Positions 38,234 to 52,586 of a stretch of 64,000 nucleotides of DNA are shown piece by piece. This DNA is from Paragordius varius (taxonomy: Eukaryota > Animalia > Nematomorpha). The notes under the pieces are model-generated. The model was given only the letters and a program-made list of their open reading frames with translations. It had not been told where the DNA came from and ran no database searches. How positions within the stretch are numbered: the stretch's first letter is position 1; every line of letters begins with the position of its first letter. The DNA lies in contig OZ176057.1 of the NCBI GenBank assembly GCA_964247055.1, positions 4,464,001 through 4,528,000 of the forward strand, read 5' to 3'. The position numbers and the translations under genes are program-made.

Positions 38234-41200
38234 CAGTGGCGCACCGAGGGGGGCCAGGGGGTGCATCATGCCCCGGGCTCCGTTATTTAGGGGCGCCTAA
38301 ATAATTATTTAATTAAATTTATATTATGCAAAAATAATAAACAACTTTCAAGTAAGATTTTTCAGCAATTAATAATCCCTATAATAATTTAAATAATATA
38401 TAAATGAGATCAAGGCAAACATTATGCAAAAACAACTTTCATGTAGATATTCTCTTCAACATGTGCAAATTTATTTTTCGCTTAAAAAACGTTTCTTTAT
38501 CACGCACATATTGTAACTCTTTTTAACTTTTCTCTCTGTTCATATAATTAATAATTTCTTTATTTTAATCATATTTTTTAAAACCCAATATTTAAAATCC
38601 CGAAGATCATTCAATCTTTTACAAGGTAGGTTTTAATTATTATTATAGCCTTGTTTTTTAATACTTTCATTTTTATCAGATATCCTAAACTCTGCTAAAA
38701 GAGGAAACCAAAAATCTAGGAAGAGAATAAAACAAATAAGATGCGAATGATGAATCTTATTTAACGAAAATATCTGACCGTAACATTGAAAAAAGTGTAT
38801 GCCACACAAACATAACGGTCCCCCCTAACAATAATAATTTTACACCTGAAACCCTAGTTGTTGATCCATAAATAGGGATAAGAGAACTACAAATATACCA
38901 TTAGTAATTCCAACCGCTATATATATTGAGTATGTCGCCTTTATAAAATATACTGACAATAATCTTCCCGTAATATTTAATCCACTTCGCACAATGATTA
39001 TTCGTGGATCTCAAAGATTTAAAAGTAAATGAAATCTCTTGAAACAAAAAATGATCGTTCAATTTTCCGAATCTTGGCTTTTTCGACGTGTCGGTAAAAA
39101 TGAAGCATTTGAAGTTGAGAGGTCTTTGATTTTATATACACCAAAGAAAATATCTGCGTATTGTTTTTATTGTCTACTTTTTGTCGATCTAATTCTTTAC
39201 CATCATCTTTTATAACTAGGCATTGTTTTAATAAATGGAGTAAAAAAGATAAATTAACTCATCATGAAAATAGCCTCAATCATCGGAAAGGATTTTTTAC
39301 TTGGAAAGAGGCAGAAAGAAGATTGATAAATAAAACAGGATTTCATTCTGCTCTAGAATCTCACATACAATTGGAAAAGGATCGATGGCGAAATATTTTA
39401 CAACGAATATTGGCCTGCATAAAATTTCTAATCACCCAAATTCTCCCTTTTCGAGGGCATGTTGAAAGTTTAATGTATCTGGCTTCTTAAAATTTTGTAA
39501 TTCCCGACCCCATTTAAGATAGCGAGTTCTTAACAACCCCAACAATTCGAAGCTTAGAAAATTTGTTGATAATATTTATCAGGATTATTTCGGTTTTAAG
39601 AGATTGACAAAAATAAATCTACTTTTATAAATTTCTATAACATCTTATGATTCTTAGTAAATTTATACAAGATATTATAATGATCGGTGGTTCTTTTTCA
39701 AAGGAAAGAATGATATTATAAAAATTCCCCAGAAATGTACTTAACTAAACTCGTATGGCTTCTTATTTTTTTTTGAAAATTAGCTCCAAAACCACTCCAT
39801 TTTTGTATGGCGTCTTAGTTTTAAACCGTTGGACCCCTACCCATAGACCTATATGGAAAAAGCGCTGAGTTAAATTCTTTGCCTTTATAGGGCAAATATT
39901 TGGAATCATTTTTGATACTATTGTCTCATGGGTTTTAAAAAAAATAGCTCAACACTGAATTATCGTTATATGATGGCGTATATTTAGGGCATAAAGGCCC
40001 CAAATTAACGGCTAATAAAAAAACGCCTGATTTTTTTTAACTAGTTACGGATAATATTTCAAGCTTTTTATGAGCTCAAATGGCTTCATAATTCTGTAAA
40101 TTATCTCCAAAACAAAGGAATATCAATATAGTGACGCAGTTTTTAGTCGGTAGCTCCGGCCGGTATAAAAAAGCGCTGGTTAAAATTTTTGCCCTCATAT
40201 TGGGATTATCTGGAATTATCATGGAATCCATTGTTCCTATTAGACTCATAGTTTTTCTGCAATTTGGCTCAAAAGGCATGCTGTATCGAGATGGTGACGC
40301 AGTTTTACGCGGGTAGCCTCTAACCATGGACGAAACAAAAAACGCTCGATTAAATTTTTTGCCTTAATTCGGGTGATACCTGGAATAAAAGAATCCATTT
40401 TGAGTTTTTTTCGGTTATTAAACATAGATGCAATGATTGAAAATCTAAATATGAATAATATTCACTTATCTTGTTATAGATCTCAATGCTATGATAGTGT
40501 AGATGTAATGTAGGGTGACATTTTAGGCTTTCTAAGAACTCTGGATGAGTCATGGCAAAACAGGATGTTATTGTTGTGACTTGTTTCGGATTTTTCACGT
40601 TCAACTATTAGATGGGACCTATTAAAAATAAAATAAAAAAACTGTTAGGCATGATCGTCTGAAACCCGATGTAGTGCTAAAATTCAAGCAGTTAATGCCA
40701 TTATTGAGGGAATAGATGATTTGATAAAGCTTTTAGACGATTTAAAAATACTTCAAATACTAGTGAAAAAAGAGTGAGGCATCCGTTTTTTTACTGGCAT
40801 TACTTAGAAGAGTTGATAGGGTCCAACATAGATTGCAGGATCCTAAAATTAATTTTAATGAAGCATTTAAGGACCTTGAATCCTTTATATTGAATTATCA
40901 GATATTCGGAATCAACTTTGCGATGAAGGCCATAAAAAAGCTAAAATTTTATGTGAAAACTAGGATGTTTCTATATCTATATCAACCCGTGTTATAAAGC
41001 CAAAAAATTCCCTGGAGAATCAGATGAAATGATTCTTTCTGCAGAAAGTGAAATTCGGGTTATGGAACACGTAATTTATATATATTTTTTAAATCATTTT
41101 TGTACGCCATTATCATAAGATCAATTCAATCTATGCAACAAATCAATGTGTATTATTTTTATATATATAACTTCCATATTATAGAATTGATTTGAATATT

Positions 41201-41410
41201 TACATGTATGTATTTGAGTGAATAAATGTAGTTTATAATATTTAATAGATTTATAATTTATATGACTCTGCTGTCTTATCTGTGGTGTTTAGGTTGAAAC
41301 GTATGTATTTTTTTTTACTAAATTGTTTTATGGCTTTCAAAAAGAGGAAGGGGAGGAAGCGCTATAAGAGTTTTATGCCCCGGGCGCTACAAATGATCGG
41401 TACGCCACTG
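38234..41410 (+). mobile_element. Degenerate hAT transposon (ZMYM1-like/DUF4371-type transposase)
   Basis: TIR CAGTGGCGCACCGA vs CAGTGGCGTACCGA (13/14). Transposase remnants: YCFYCLLF, HENSLNH, RWRNILQRILACIKFL..QILPFRGH (ORF 39161-39490), SQCYDS, FSRSTIRWDLLK, SETRCSAKIQAV, LLRRVDRVQHRLQDP. No TSD match. Confidence 0.88.
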
Positions 41411-41429
41411 CTCTATTATTAATTTTTTA

Positions 41430-41985
41430 AAGGGGTGGTTGATAATGTGTAACATTTCGGTTTTAAATAGTTGGTGACCTGCGTTGCAGCCTAGTTCTGC
41501 TAGGCCAGAATTAGGTTTGTTGTGCTTGATATACTGCTGTTGTTTTTTAATATAATATTGATGTATCTGCTTGTCTCGCCTACGTAAACTTCATACCAAA
41601 AGCAAGTAGCCCTATATATCCCGGATAATTTTTTTCGAGGAATAGGATCTTTAATTTTGTAAAATTTATTTGTTTTTTAAAAGGAGTGTATACTGACCGA
41701 ATATTAAATTTATTTTTGCAATTTTGGGGTAATATTTTGAATGTAAAGTAAAATGACTGTCGCCCTAAATGTATTATCATTTTTTCTGTTATTTTATATT
41801 TATCTTAAAGATCTTTTTACCATTAAGTTCAAATGAATTTTTAAGTGTATTGATTTTTGGCTTGAGTGAGGTTAAAATATATTGTAAGCTCGTTTTATTA
41901 ATGTGTTAATTACTGAATGTTTTTGGGGTGGATAGTGATATGAGTTTGCGTTTAGGTAGAGATTGGTAGGTGTGGGTTTTCTGAT
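41430..41985 (-). mobile_element. Penelope-like element 3' fragment (RT C-terminus + GIY-YIG endonuclease)
   Basis: Minus-strand translation RKPTPTNLYLNANSYHYPPQKHSVINTLIKRAYNI followed by KDPIPRKKLSGIYRATCFWYEVYVGETSR. Confidence 0.82.
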
Positions 41986-44294
41986 CCACTTAATTATATG
42001 CACTAGTTTTTTCCAGAATTTTTATTTAATTAATCCTATAATTACTTTTTACTGATGTATATAGTAATTGATTTCATTTTCACCACTGAGATCAAGATCA
42101 TGCTAACATGATTGAAATAAAAGTTCTAATAATAAATATTTCATTTGTTAATAATTAAAAATTCCTACGTCTACCAAATTCATATTGTTTAATTATTAAT
42201 GGAATTACTAAATTTGAACATTTTTAAAACAGTAGTACATTTAAAAAACTGACCTCTGGTATACAAAACTACCCAAATATGTCAGCTAGGACAAAAAAGT
42301 GAAAAGTTCATAAAGTGTTAACCATTCCCGATTTTAGACATGTCCAATATAGAATTTCGGAGCGCATACATATTTAAGTTTCATGCGTTTATTTTACCAA
42401 TTAATTTTGGCAATGGACAAATTTTGCCATTTATGGAGCAGTTACCATAAAAGTAGAACCAAAAGGCACCATGAGAATCTACTACTATCAAAATAAAAAT
42501 ATTTCATTAAGATATTTTTAGCGCACACTGTATTTGTAAATGATCCCAATTAATAAATAAATGCAAATGTTTGAAATGGTTATGAATATTTATTTAGGTG
42601 AACCATGCGATTAAAAGGCTACAGAATGCATATTATATCCAAATTTACTTTAGAAGATGTATAAATTCAAATTTTACAAATACCCATAAATAATGTTAAA
42701 ATAAATTTTACAGCAAATTTTATGGTATTTTAAGCCAAGTGGAAACAGTAAAAAAAGCGTTAATTGTAAACACTTTTTTATTTAATATGATGTTGCTGAA
42801 GCTTTTAGTTTACTTAGAATTTCGCTTAGAAGAATTGTAAATAGAATATCAAAATATTAAGATATCGGTCTAATTTCCAATTATACTTTAAATTTAGGTT
42901 AAAAATTGGTCAAGGTAAAATTAAATGATCATATCGCCGCTTATTTTACTTTTGGTTTTTAAATTACTAAGAATAAAAATAATATATATTATGGTTTTAA
43001 AATCTAAATAATCAACTCTATTAGGCTTTCAAATTATCTTTTCAAATTTTTTAATAAATTTGAAACTAGCTGTTGCATCCATTGAAATATCGCCATTTCA
43101 AAGGCACGAAGATAAACTATATAAAATATATGTTTCAATTAAACCCAGAAATCAGTTAATAACAAAACAACTTTCAAAACACTATACATTTACATGGACA
43201 AAGCTACCCCAAATCGTCTAATTTTAACACTTCATGACGTTTTTAATTTTATCTGCGATAACATATTGAGGTGGTTTAATATCTCATATCTTAAAACTTT
43301 TAAAAAGTTATGTTATATTTATAATTAAAAATTATCATCGTGTATAGATAAAAACGCTTATGATTTTTAAGGTTTTTGACTTTTAGAATCTAAATGTGAA
43401 ACCGGGACAACTGTACATTTGTATATATCAATATCAAGTTTTTGCTAGTAAAAGGCAAATGAAAGCTTACTAAAATTAATTTACATTATTTCATAATATA
43501 CATTTATTAGCCTATTGTATTAGCTATTAAAAATAAAAAAATGGCGGCGAAAAATCTTGAGATCGGATTTTCAATTTCACATTATTTAAAAATTTTTTTG
43601 GTATTATGCGTTAAAAACATAAATAAAGCATATTTTTGAATTCTGGCTAAGATTTTAAATACGGTAAATTGTCGAATAAGTCGCTCTGGGATATAAAACT
43701 TACCCCAAAGGATGAATTAATGCAGTTTAATATAAATATTGATAAATTTTTAGCTTTTGCTACAAATTTAATTTAAAATATAAGGTTATAATTTGTGTTT
43801 AATGATATGGAGATCCCAAATATATTTGTATTGGAAAAAAACTCAAAGGCCCCATAAATAAGAATTGTAATGAATTTATTTATATTTATCTAGATTCACC
43901 CAATTTACACTGTATATATAACGTATCCATGTTAATAAAAAATAATATTCAGGATATTATGATATTAAAATTACAAAAAAATACTTCCATGGTTTATATA
44001 AATCTGTTCAAATCGATATTAAAAACATCCTGATAATATCTGAAATATATCATCCATAATGACCTTAGTTTTGAGGCTTATAACAATTTTGGTAACTGGT
44101 CCATAAAATGACAAAATTTTCCAACATTTATTGATAATTTTTTGGTTAAATGCTCAATAAAAAATATTAATAATATAACTATATTAAAAAAAAGTATTTT
44201 ATAGAATTTAATTTTTAATGTGGCCTCCGAAAGTCTAAAGTTTTTGGGCATGTATAAAATGGGTAAATATATTGAAGACAATTACGATATTGCG

Positions 44295-44330
<36 letters not shown>

Positions 44331-47300
44331 TTTTGACATCAAAAAATATTTATTTCAAAGAAATGAAATTTTTGTTTAAATTTTACTTATGGCAAATTTT
44401 AGTGAAGCGAAATTTAATTATTTTTAAGGATGGTGGACGAAAAAAGTATTTTAAAACCTTTTTATTTTGATATTTCTTAACAATTCTATTACCTTGGATT
44501 TTTTTAATAACTGTAATTTGTCAAGAAGCAAGTCGTTATATGAAAACTTCTCTATGAAAAAAAAGTATTTAGAAAATCTTCAAGTTGATCTTTTTACTAT
44601 GCTTATAAGCTAAAACAATTCGCCAAAACTCTGCTATATTAGTTAACACTTCCTGACATTTTCATTTTTGTACGCGGTGAAATTATGGAGTTTTTGACCC
44701 AGGAGATTAAAAATCAAACTTTGGTTAAAAGGTTCTATGAAATTTCTTATCCAACCCTTTTCTCCTGTATTAGATAGAACAACCTTAGTTTTATAATTTT
44801 TTAACTTTTTTACCAATTTTAGACAACACGATTTTAAAATAAAAATATATCAAAAATTTCGTAAATGCAACTTAAGAGCTTTACAAAGTAATTTTTTAAA
44901 TTCGCAACCATATATACAACTATTTGGTTTTGTAATCACACAATCTAAATCAAAATAAAAAATTGAAGCTAGAAAGTTTGAGATGAGGATTTTAAAACAA
45001 TTTTTTTAAAATATTGGACATGCGCTTTAAAGCTAATGAAAGCATAATATTTAATTTGGCACTAAGCTAAAAATATTTTAATCTATTTATATAATGGATT
45101 TGGGGTATAAAACTTCCCCAAAAAGTCATAAAATGTTAAAATAAATAAATGTTTAAAAAAAATTTTTAAGTGCCAAAAGTTAGCTTATATATAAAGTTTT
45201 ATCAAGCAACGGCATGTAATGATTAGTTCAAGAAAAATTGCCCATTTTGGACAAGTTAAAAATTGGAAATAAATATTTTGTTTAGCTTTTAACACTACGA
45301 TTAATTGGGGTATCTAAATATCCCAGAAAAAATATAAGATGAACTTAAAAATTATTGAAGGAAACGGTCCCGGTTTTAACTCATGGTTTCCAAATAAAAA
45401 TCATATAAATAAGCCGAAACTGAGTATATAGGTTTGGAAAAAAAGTTCTATGAAAAATTACTTTGCCGCTATTTTTCAACATTTTTCAAAATAGCGTGTT
45501 TTTTAAATTAAAAATTTACATTTAAAATACATTAGATAGACACTTTTCGTTTTATGATTTATAAATTTATGCACAGATGTCATGTAGACAAGGGCTTTTC
45601 TTAAAATAAGTAATTTCAAGCATTTTTGAATGAATTTTTTTATATTTCGTTGTATATGTAAACAGACCGTATCTAAAAATACCAATTTGAATCGAAGGGC
45701 TGAAATAATTGTGTTTTATCCAAATTTAAGACAAATCGAAAGCACATGATATCCTTATACACTTATGTATATAAAAATACATATATCACCAGGATACTAA
45801 TTTATAGACATTGTGTAACCTAGTTAGTCGTAATTAACATTTCGATTCAATTGGGGTATCTAAATAACCCAGACAATATTAAAATTCATATTTTTAAAAA
45901 ACTACTGAAAGAAACGGTCCTAATTTAAATTTATGCTTCTATCCTAATACAAATTATACATATATAAACCAAAATATCTAAATAAAATTAGTTTTAAAAA
46001 AGAAGTTTCGTTTCAAATTACTTTAGACGCCATTTTTATTTTACAACCTTTTTGTAAAATATCGTTTTTATTTGATTCTAGGGCTAAAATTAAGTTTACT
46101 TTTTTATTAAAACAACATTTAATATTAATATAAACAGAAAAAGTGGTATATTTTGTATTAATTATATATATTAAACTTATAAAAATATGTCATAATGGCT
46201 TAATTTTTAGCTTTGTGTTTTACCTCTGAAGTATTATCAAGTAATTTTGAATTAATTTTTTAGTATATTTCGGTTGTTTAGTGTTATATAATGTAAACCT
46301 TTGACATGGTTTCAATTTATTCATTATTTTTTGAAATATTTTTGAACAAACCTGGGGTGTCTAATTATCCCAATTTGAATCGAAGGATTGAAATGAACGT
46401 GTTGTATCCAAGTGTTAATAGCAATTTGTTGGTATTGCCAATTTTTAGAATCCATTTTATAATTATATAACATATGTGCCACTTTTCTGATTTGATATGT
46501 ATGATGCATGATTTTATGACGCTATGATATTCAAAAGGCAGGTATTGTAAATTAAAACTTTATAATTTTTAATGGCAAACTATTTAAATTATGAATTTAA
46601 GCCAAACTAATAAATACTTGACACAATTGCTTTTATTTGCAAATTCTTCTATCAAACTGTTTTTATACTAAAATATCTCAATCGGGATATAACATGCAAA
46701 ACCTCGAACGTCAAATTTGGTAATCATATGCAAATTTTAGCTTATAAAGATATTTTTTATGGATTTTTACTTTGAGGCAAAATTAATTAAAAATTTCAAC
46801 ACGTGATAAAATGCTTTTTTTATTTAATGTGCTTCGAAAGTTTTTAATCCCTGTAAATAAAGGAAAACGGCGTGAAATTTTATTACATCGTGCTCAAATC
46901 GGGTAATAAGTATTCTCTTGAAAATTATTTTGAAAATTGTATCTGGATTATCATGGTGCGCTTAGTTTTGGAACTTACCGGTGTTATAAATATTTAATTT
47001 TTGTGGTAATTGTTTCATATGAAAACCCCAATTTTGCACATTATGCTAAAAAATATTTAGTGAAAAATAAGTGCTTTATTTTAAAAACTAATAATATAAA
47101 CCAAATTAATGCTTTTAAATGATTTTTAACACGTCTTTGGGGTAGTTTTATATCCCGGAGCTCAATTAGTAAATAATTTACTGTTTTGAAAGTTATCTTA
47201 GTTAAAATTTAATTGTGTAATATTGTTCTCATGTATTAGATAAAAAGCTTAATTTTTTTTACAGTTTTGTAACTTCTGTAGAGACTAAAGTTTCAAAACA

Positions 47301-47982
47301 CAATTGAAACGAACACCTAATATTAAATTCAAATTATATCAAGTTTAAACTGGTAAAATACAGACTCTTCTTGAAATATACGTCGTAAACATTAATTTTC
47401 CTATTGCATAAGCGCTTTAAAAATATTTGAGATGAGGATTTTGCATTATTATATTTGTTTTAAAAAAAATTGTAAATGTGCCTAAAAGGCTAAAGAAATC
47501 ACGTTATACTTAAATACTTTTTAAGATATTCAAATATTAAATTGCTCTAATATATAAAATTACCCCAAATCGTAATAGAGTGTTAAATTTTAACGAGAGT
47601 GTCAAAATGGACCTTATGATAAGGTTTGCTCAAATTAAACTTAAACCGATATAGCACGAAGTTTTTCATCTATGATAAATCATGATCAAAAAAATTTCCC
47701 AAAAAATTATTTTTGATTAAGCGGGTTTTTAGTATTTTAAGATAGTAAAAACGGTATAAAAACACCTTAAGATATTATAAAAATATTTTTTTTATATAAT
47801 TCAATGGTGCTGAACATTTTTGTTACATGAGTTTGTTAAATGTACAAATTTAGGATGATAATTTGTTAATAAGACATTTTACATAAAAATTAAAATTTTA
47901 AAGTAATGAATCTCATAATCAACTGAGGTAATAGATATGTAAAACATTACATAATTATTATATAAAGTTTTTTTATAATATA

Positions 47983-48452
47983 CCATTTGCATTTTAAGAA
48001 TGTCTTTAAACACTTCAATTCGGTCCTTGAACATTTCAAGTTGGTCTTTTAACTTTTTTGTTTTGTTTTTAACTTTTATCAATCAAATCGTATATCATTC
48101 ATCTATTTTATCTTTTTTAACCTATTTTCTAGTATTAAGCATAATTTTTAATCAATGAGAAACCGTATATCTTTATTAATTTCTGAAAATTATGACTTGT
48201 ATTAAAAAAATATATAAGTTTTCTGGCTATTATTAACAATTTTTTATTAAAAACATGTAAAAGTTAATATTGATAAATTGGAAAATAATTAGTTTGAAAC
48301 AAAAAAGTGGTTTTTGAATAAGAATTTTTATTTTTAAATAAATAAATATATAAAAAAATAAAAATATACGTGCAAAAATTATAGTTAAATCAAAATCTGA
48401 AAATTTTAAGGACCAACTTGAAGGTTCATGGACACTCTTGAAGGGAAAATGG
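47983..48452. mobile_element. 21-bp-array MITE family, copy 4
   Basis: TA|CCATTTGCATTTTAAGAATGTC ... GGACACTCTTGAAGGGAAAATGG|TA; interior in the same orientation as copy 1, opposite to copies 2, 3 and 5. Confidence 0.88.
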
Positions 48453-49537
48453 TATATCTTAAAACATTTTATTCCGCCATCCTATAATACCATAAAAATC
48501 GCTTTACCGAAATTTTGCTATATTTAAATTTTTAAACAAACTACCCAAATTTCAGAAAATACGTTGTCAAAATTTGACACATATTTAACATTTTTGCTTT
48601 AGTTTAAGAAAGGTTGGCCATTTCAGGTCCACAAATTTAAGATTTTAGAAGTTCACGTCTAAATTCTTTTATAAAAATATTGCTTTACATCTTATATATA
48701 ATTAATAATCATTTTGGTGTTATTTTTGAAAAAAGCATTTGGCTTTAATTTTAATAAATATGCACAAATTTTGCCATTTTGATAGGAAGTGGTCACCACA
48801 AAAATATTGATAGCTTTCTTGCATCACCAGTAAGGCCCCAAAATCAAAAGAAAAACTCTGATCTTTTATCTATCGGAATATTTATTTTCAGGCTATTTTA
48901 TGCGGACGCCTATAAATACCGTCAAATTTATATTATTACACTGCGTCCAAAATTGGGGGGTTATATAAAAACTCATAAAATATCTCTTTTCTGATAGAAA
49001 AATATATCAGGATTATCATGGTGCTTTTAATTTTTGGCCATTACGAGTGTATAAAAAAAGTTATTTACACTTTTGTGGTATGCGCAGCATATGAGAAAAT
49101 CGAAAAATTTACGCACATTTTTTGGATAAAGTTTTTTTGTGATAAATGGTTCATTCTAAAAAATATCACTAAAATATATCATAAACTACGTATAATGCCG
49201 TTAATGCGCGATAAAAAAGTTAAATATATGCTAAATTCTAATCTCAACTAAAAATAGTTTTAATTTTAATAAAATTTAATTTTTAGTACAATTTTGTAGA
49301 AGCTTACCTTATTAGGAATGATGGAAAGTACCTTTTATATATTATTTATAAAAACACTATTTCTATATAATTGAATCATGTGGATTTCTATTGTTTCAGA
49401 ATTTAAATTTAAAGATTTGTTTATATCAAAATTATACAATTCTAGCAAAAAGGCAATAAATTTGATATAAATTTGAAGAACGAATATTTTAATCAAATTC
49501 TGAGGTGATAGAAATGTTCAGCATCATTGAATATATA

Positions 49538-50138
49538 CCATTTGCACTTCAAGAGTGTCCTTGAACACTTCAAGTTGGTCCTTAAAATTTATAAATTTTG
49601 ATTTAACCATAATTTTTGCATTTATTTTTTTATTTTATTATTTATTAACCTAATTTTCTTTATTTATTATATATTTATTCATTTAAAAATATTTTTTTTT
49701 TTGAAAAACCACTTTTTTGTTTCAAACTATATTTTTTCAATTGAACAAAATTATTGACTTTTAAATGTTTTTAATGAAAAATTTAATTAATAACCCAGAA
49801 AACTTATATATTTTTTCATTTCGTGTTATATCTTATAAATATCTAAATTTATTTTAAGAAATTAATAAAGATATACGGTTTTCAAAGATTAAAAGTTGAT
49901 ATCGATTTAAAATTTATGTTAAATAATAGAAAATAGGTTAAAAACAATAAAATAGACGAATTATTTTCGATTTGATTGATAAAAGTTAATAACAAAACAA
50001 AAAAGTCAAAGGACCAACTTGAATTGTTCAAGGACCGACTTGAATTGTTCAAGGACCAACTTGAATTGTTCAAGGACCAACTTGAACTGTTCAAGGACCA
50101 ACTTGAACTGTTCAAGGACACTCTTGAAGTGCAAATGA
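49538..50138. mobile_element. 21-bp-array MITE family, copy 5 (nested in a CCTGAT-family element)
   Basis: TA-flanked TIRs; five near-perfect 21-bp units GGACCAACTTGAA(T/C)TGTTCAA at 50011-50115. Confidence 0.92.
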
Positions 50139-51342
50139 TATATATATAAAAAAGGTTTTCATGATATCGAAAAGCGATTTTATACCGTTTCCATATTTTT
50201 TGAAATGAAGTATTCACGAAATTTTATTCAAAAAAATGTGCGCATGATTTTGATGATATGGAGGACCTATTACAAAAATCTTTTATCGATTAGAAAAAGT
50301 GCCATATTTAATAATTTACCTTTGTAACCTTATCAAAAAATTGATTAACATAATGTGCGCTGTTTTCACGATTTTTCGTTTCGAGCAATTATTGAAGGTA
50401 ATTTGGCTTTTTTAAACTTAATTAGCTTTCCTCTTTTTTTCCTAATTTACATGATGGATTAGTTTGATGCTCCAGACAATTTTGTAAATAAATTATAGTT
50501 TTGAAAGTTTTTTAAGGTAAAATTTAATTTTCAAACATTATTCTCACGTATTAGATAAAAAAGCTTATATTTTTAACAGTTTGTGACTTAAAATTCGGAC
50601 AGCTCCAAAATGCGATTGAAACGGACAGCTGAAATTAAATCAAAATATATCAAGTTCTTGCTGGTAAAATGTAGCCTGAAAGCTTTTTAACCTTAATTAT
50701 TTACGTTTAACCATAATATACATTTATTTGCCGTAAGCGATTAAAAAAATAGAAAAAAATGACGGCAAAAAAAGAGACGAGGATTTTTTTCCAATTTTTT
50801 TAAAAAAATATTTTTTGTATTATGCGCCTACAGGCTAAAATAAGTATATAATTCGGCTTAATACTTTAGATACTTTTTAAAATATTCAAATTATAAATTT
50901 TGGGATAGAAAACTACCCCAAGAGGTAATGGAGTGTTAAAACAGTCGGAGCAGTACAAAATCAAAGTTGGTTCAACAAAAACATAATTTAGAAATATTTT
51001 TCTTAAGGATATTCTTCTACATCATAATACATTTGTGTTCCCAGAATACAAATCCATTTTATTAAGAGCAAATACTTTTAAAATTAGATATATCCGAACA
51101 GTCAAATTTTATAAATAATATACCTGCTTAAGTTTCATTAACGAATTTACAATAAATAATAAAAAAGTAAAATTAATAAAATTATCACCGAAACTTTTTG
51201 CTACAAAATGTTTGTAGTTTTTAAAATCTTCCAATAAAGATTATACTTAATGGATAAAGTTAGTATTAAATGTTTTTCTCGAACATTACAATGCATTGGA
51301 TATCGGGGGAGGGATATAAAAACTTTTCTAAATATATATAAA

Positions 51343-52586
51343 CACTGTGTGCAAAAAGAGGGTCATTTTGATTTAACGAAAAATTTTTTTTTCATGAGAT
51401 AGCTTATGACCAGCGTATTCATTTGCCGCAAAAAATTTTATCTGTTGACAACCTATTTTGAAATATTGAGAGAAAATCGAAATCGGGATAAAAGTGAAAA
51501 TTAAGGATAATTAAGCATAATTCAAAATATAATGATAAAATTTGAAATATTATGGTTTATTATCATTTTAGGAGATATTTTCAATATATAAATAGCCTAA
51601 AATCATATAGTTAGGGTTTCTATAAAATTTCAGATCAAAAGATGGCGTTTTTCTTTTATCACACTTAAAAGACAAAAAAATTAATGAAACTATAATTACC
51701 TAAACTCACTATTAAAATCTTAACATTCATATTTTATTCAGTAAAATAAACTTCACTATCAAAATAAAACCAAAAATATTGTTTTTTCTTTTTGCATTTT
51801 TTTGTCAGTTGGTTTATGAGTGTATAAAAAATTTATACTGTTTATTTTGGAATCTCACATGATTAGGAATTATTAAGTATATAATATATGCAAAATAGGA
51901 TTTAAAAGTAGTGGATCAACCAAAAAATCCTTACAATTTCCTGTTACAAGTCTGTTTTATGACAAATTAATATATGTATTGGGATTTGTACGGATTGTTG
52001 GTTGATATTCCACTAATTTTTAATCCTATTTTGCATAAATTATATACTTAATAATTCCTAATCATGTGAGAATCCAAAATAAAACAGTATAAATTTTTTA
52101 TACACTCATAAACCAACTGACAAAAAAATGCAAAAAGAAAAAACAATATTTTTGGTTTTGTTTTGATATTGAAGTTTATTTTACTGAATAAAATATGAAT
52201 GTTTAGATTTTAATAGTGAGTTTAGGTAGTAAATTATTTAAAAAAATTATTTAAATATATTCATAAAATTTATTTTGTCTTTTAAGTGTGATAAAAGAAA
52301 AACGCCATCTTTTGACCTGAAATTTTATAGAAACCTAATATGATTTTAGGCTATTTATACATTGAAAATATCTCCTAAAATGATAATAAACCATAATATT
52401 TCAAATTTTATCAATATATTTTGAATTATCCTTAATTTTCACTTTTTTCCCGATTTCGATTTTCTCTCAATATTTCAAAAACTAGGTTGTCAACAAATAA
52501 AAATTTTTGCGGCAAATGAATACGCTGGTCATAAGCAATCTCATGAAAAAAAATTTTTTTCGTTAAAAATTTTTTTGCACACAGTG
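51343..52586. mobile_element. Near-complete palindrome (fold-back/MITE), ~600-bp arms, ~40-bp spacer
   Basis: Ends CACTGTGTGCAAAAA / TTTTTGCACACAGTG|TA. Arms align over their full length; a deleted, diverged copy lies at ~55020-56075. Confidence 0.9.

Noticed and set aside
41479-41496. 18-nt minus-strand micro-exon look-alike (ELGCNA)
   Set aside because: Lies inside the Penelope GIY-YIG fragment and is isolated.
49882-50217. ORFs with SSWSLN / LKCSRTN repeats (also 11164, 19030, 37968, 47879)
   Set aside because: Artefacts of 21-bp MITE arrays; not CRISPR because there are no spacers.
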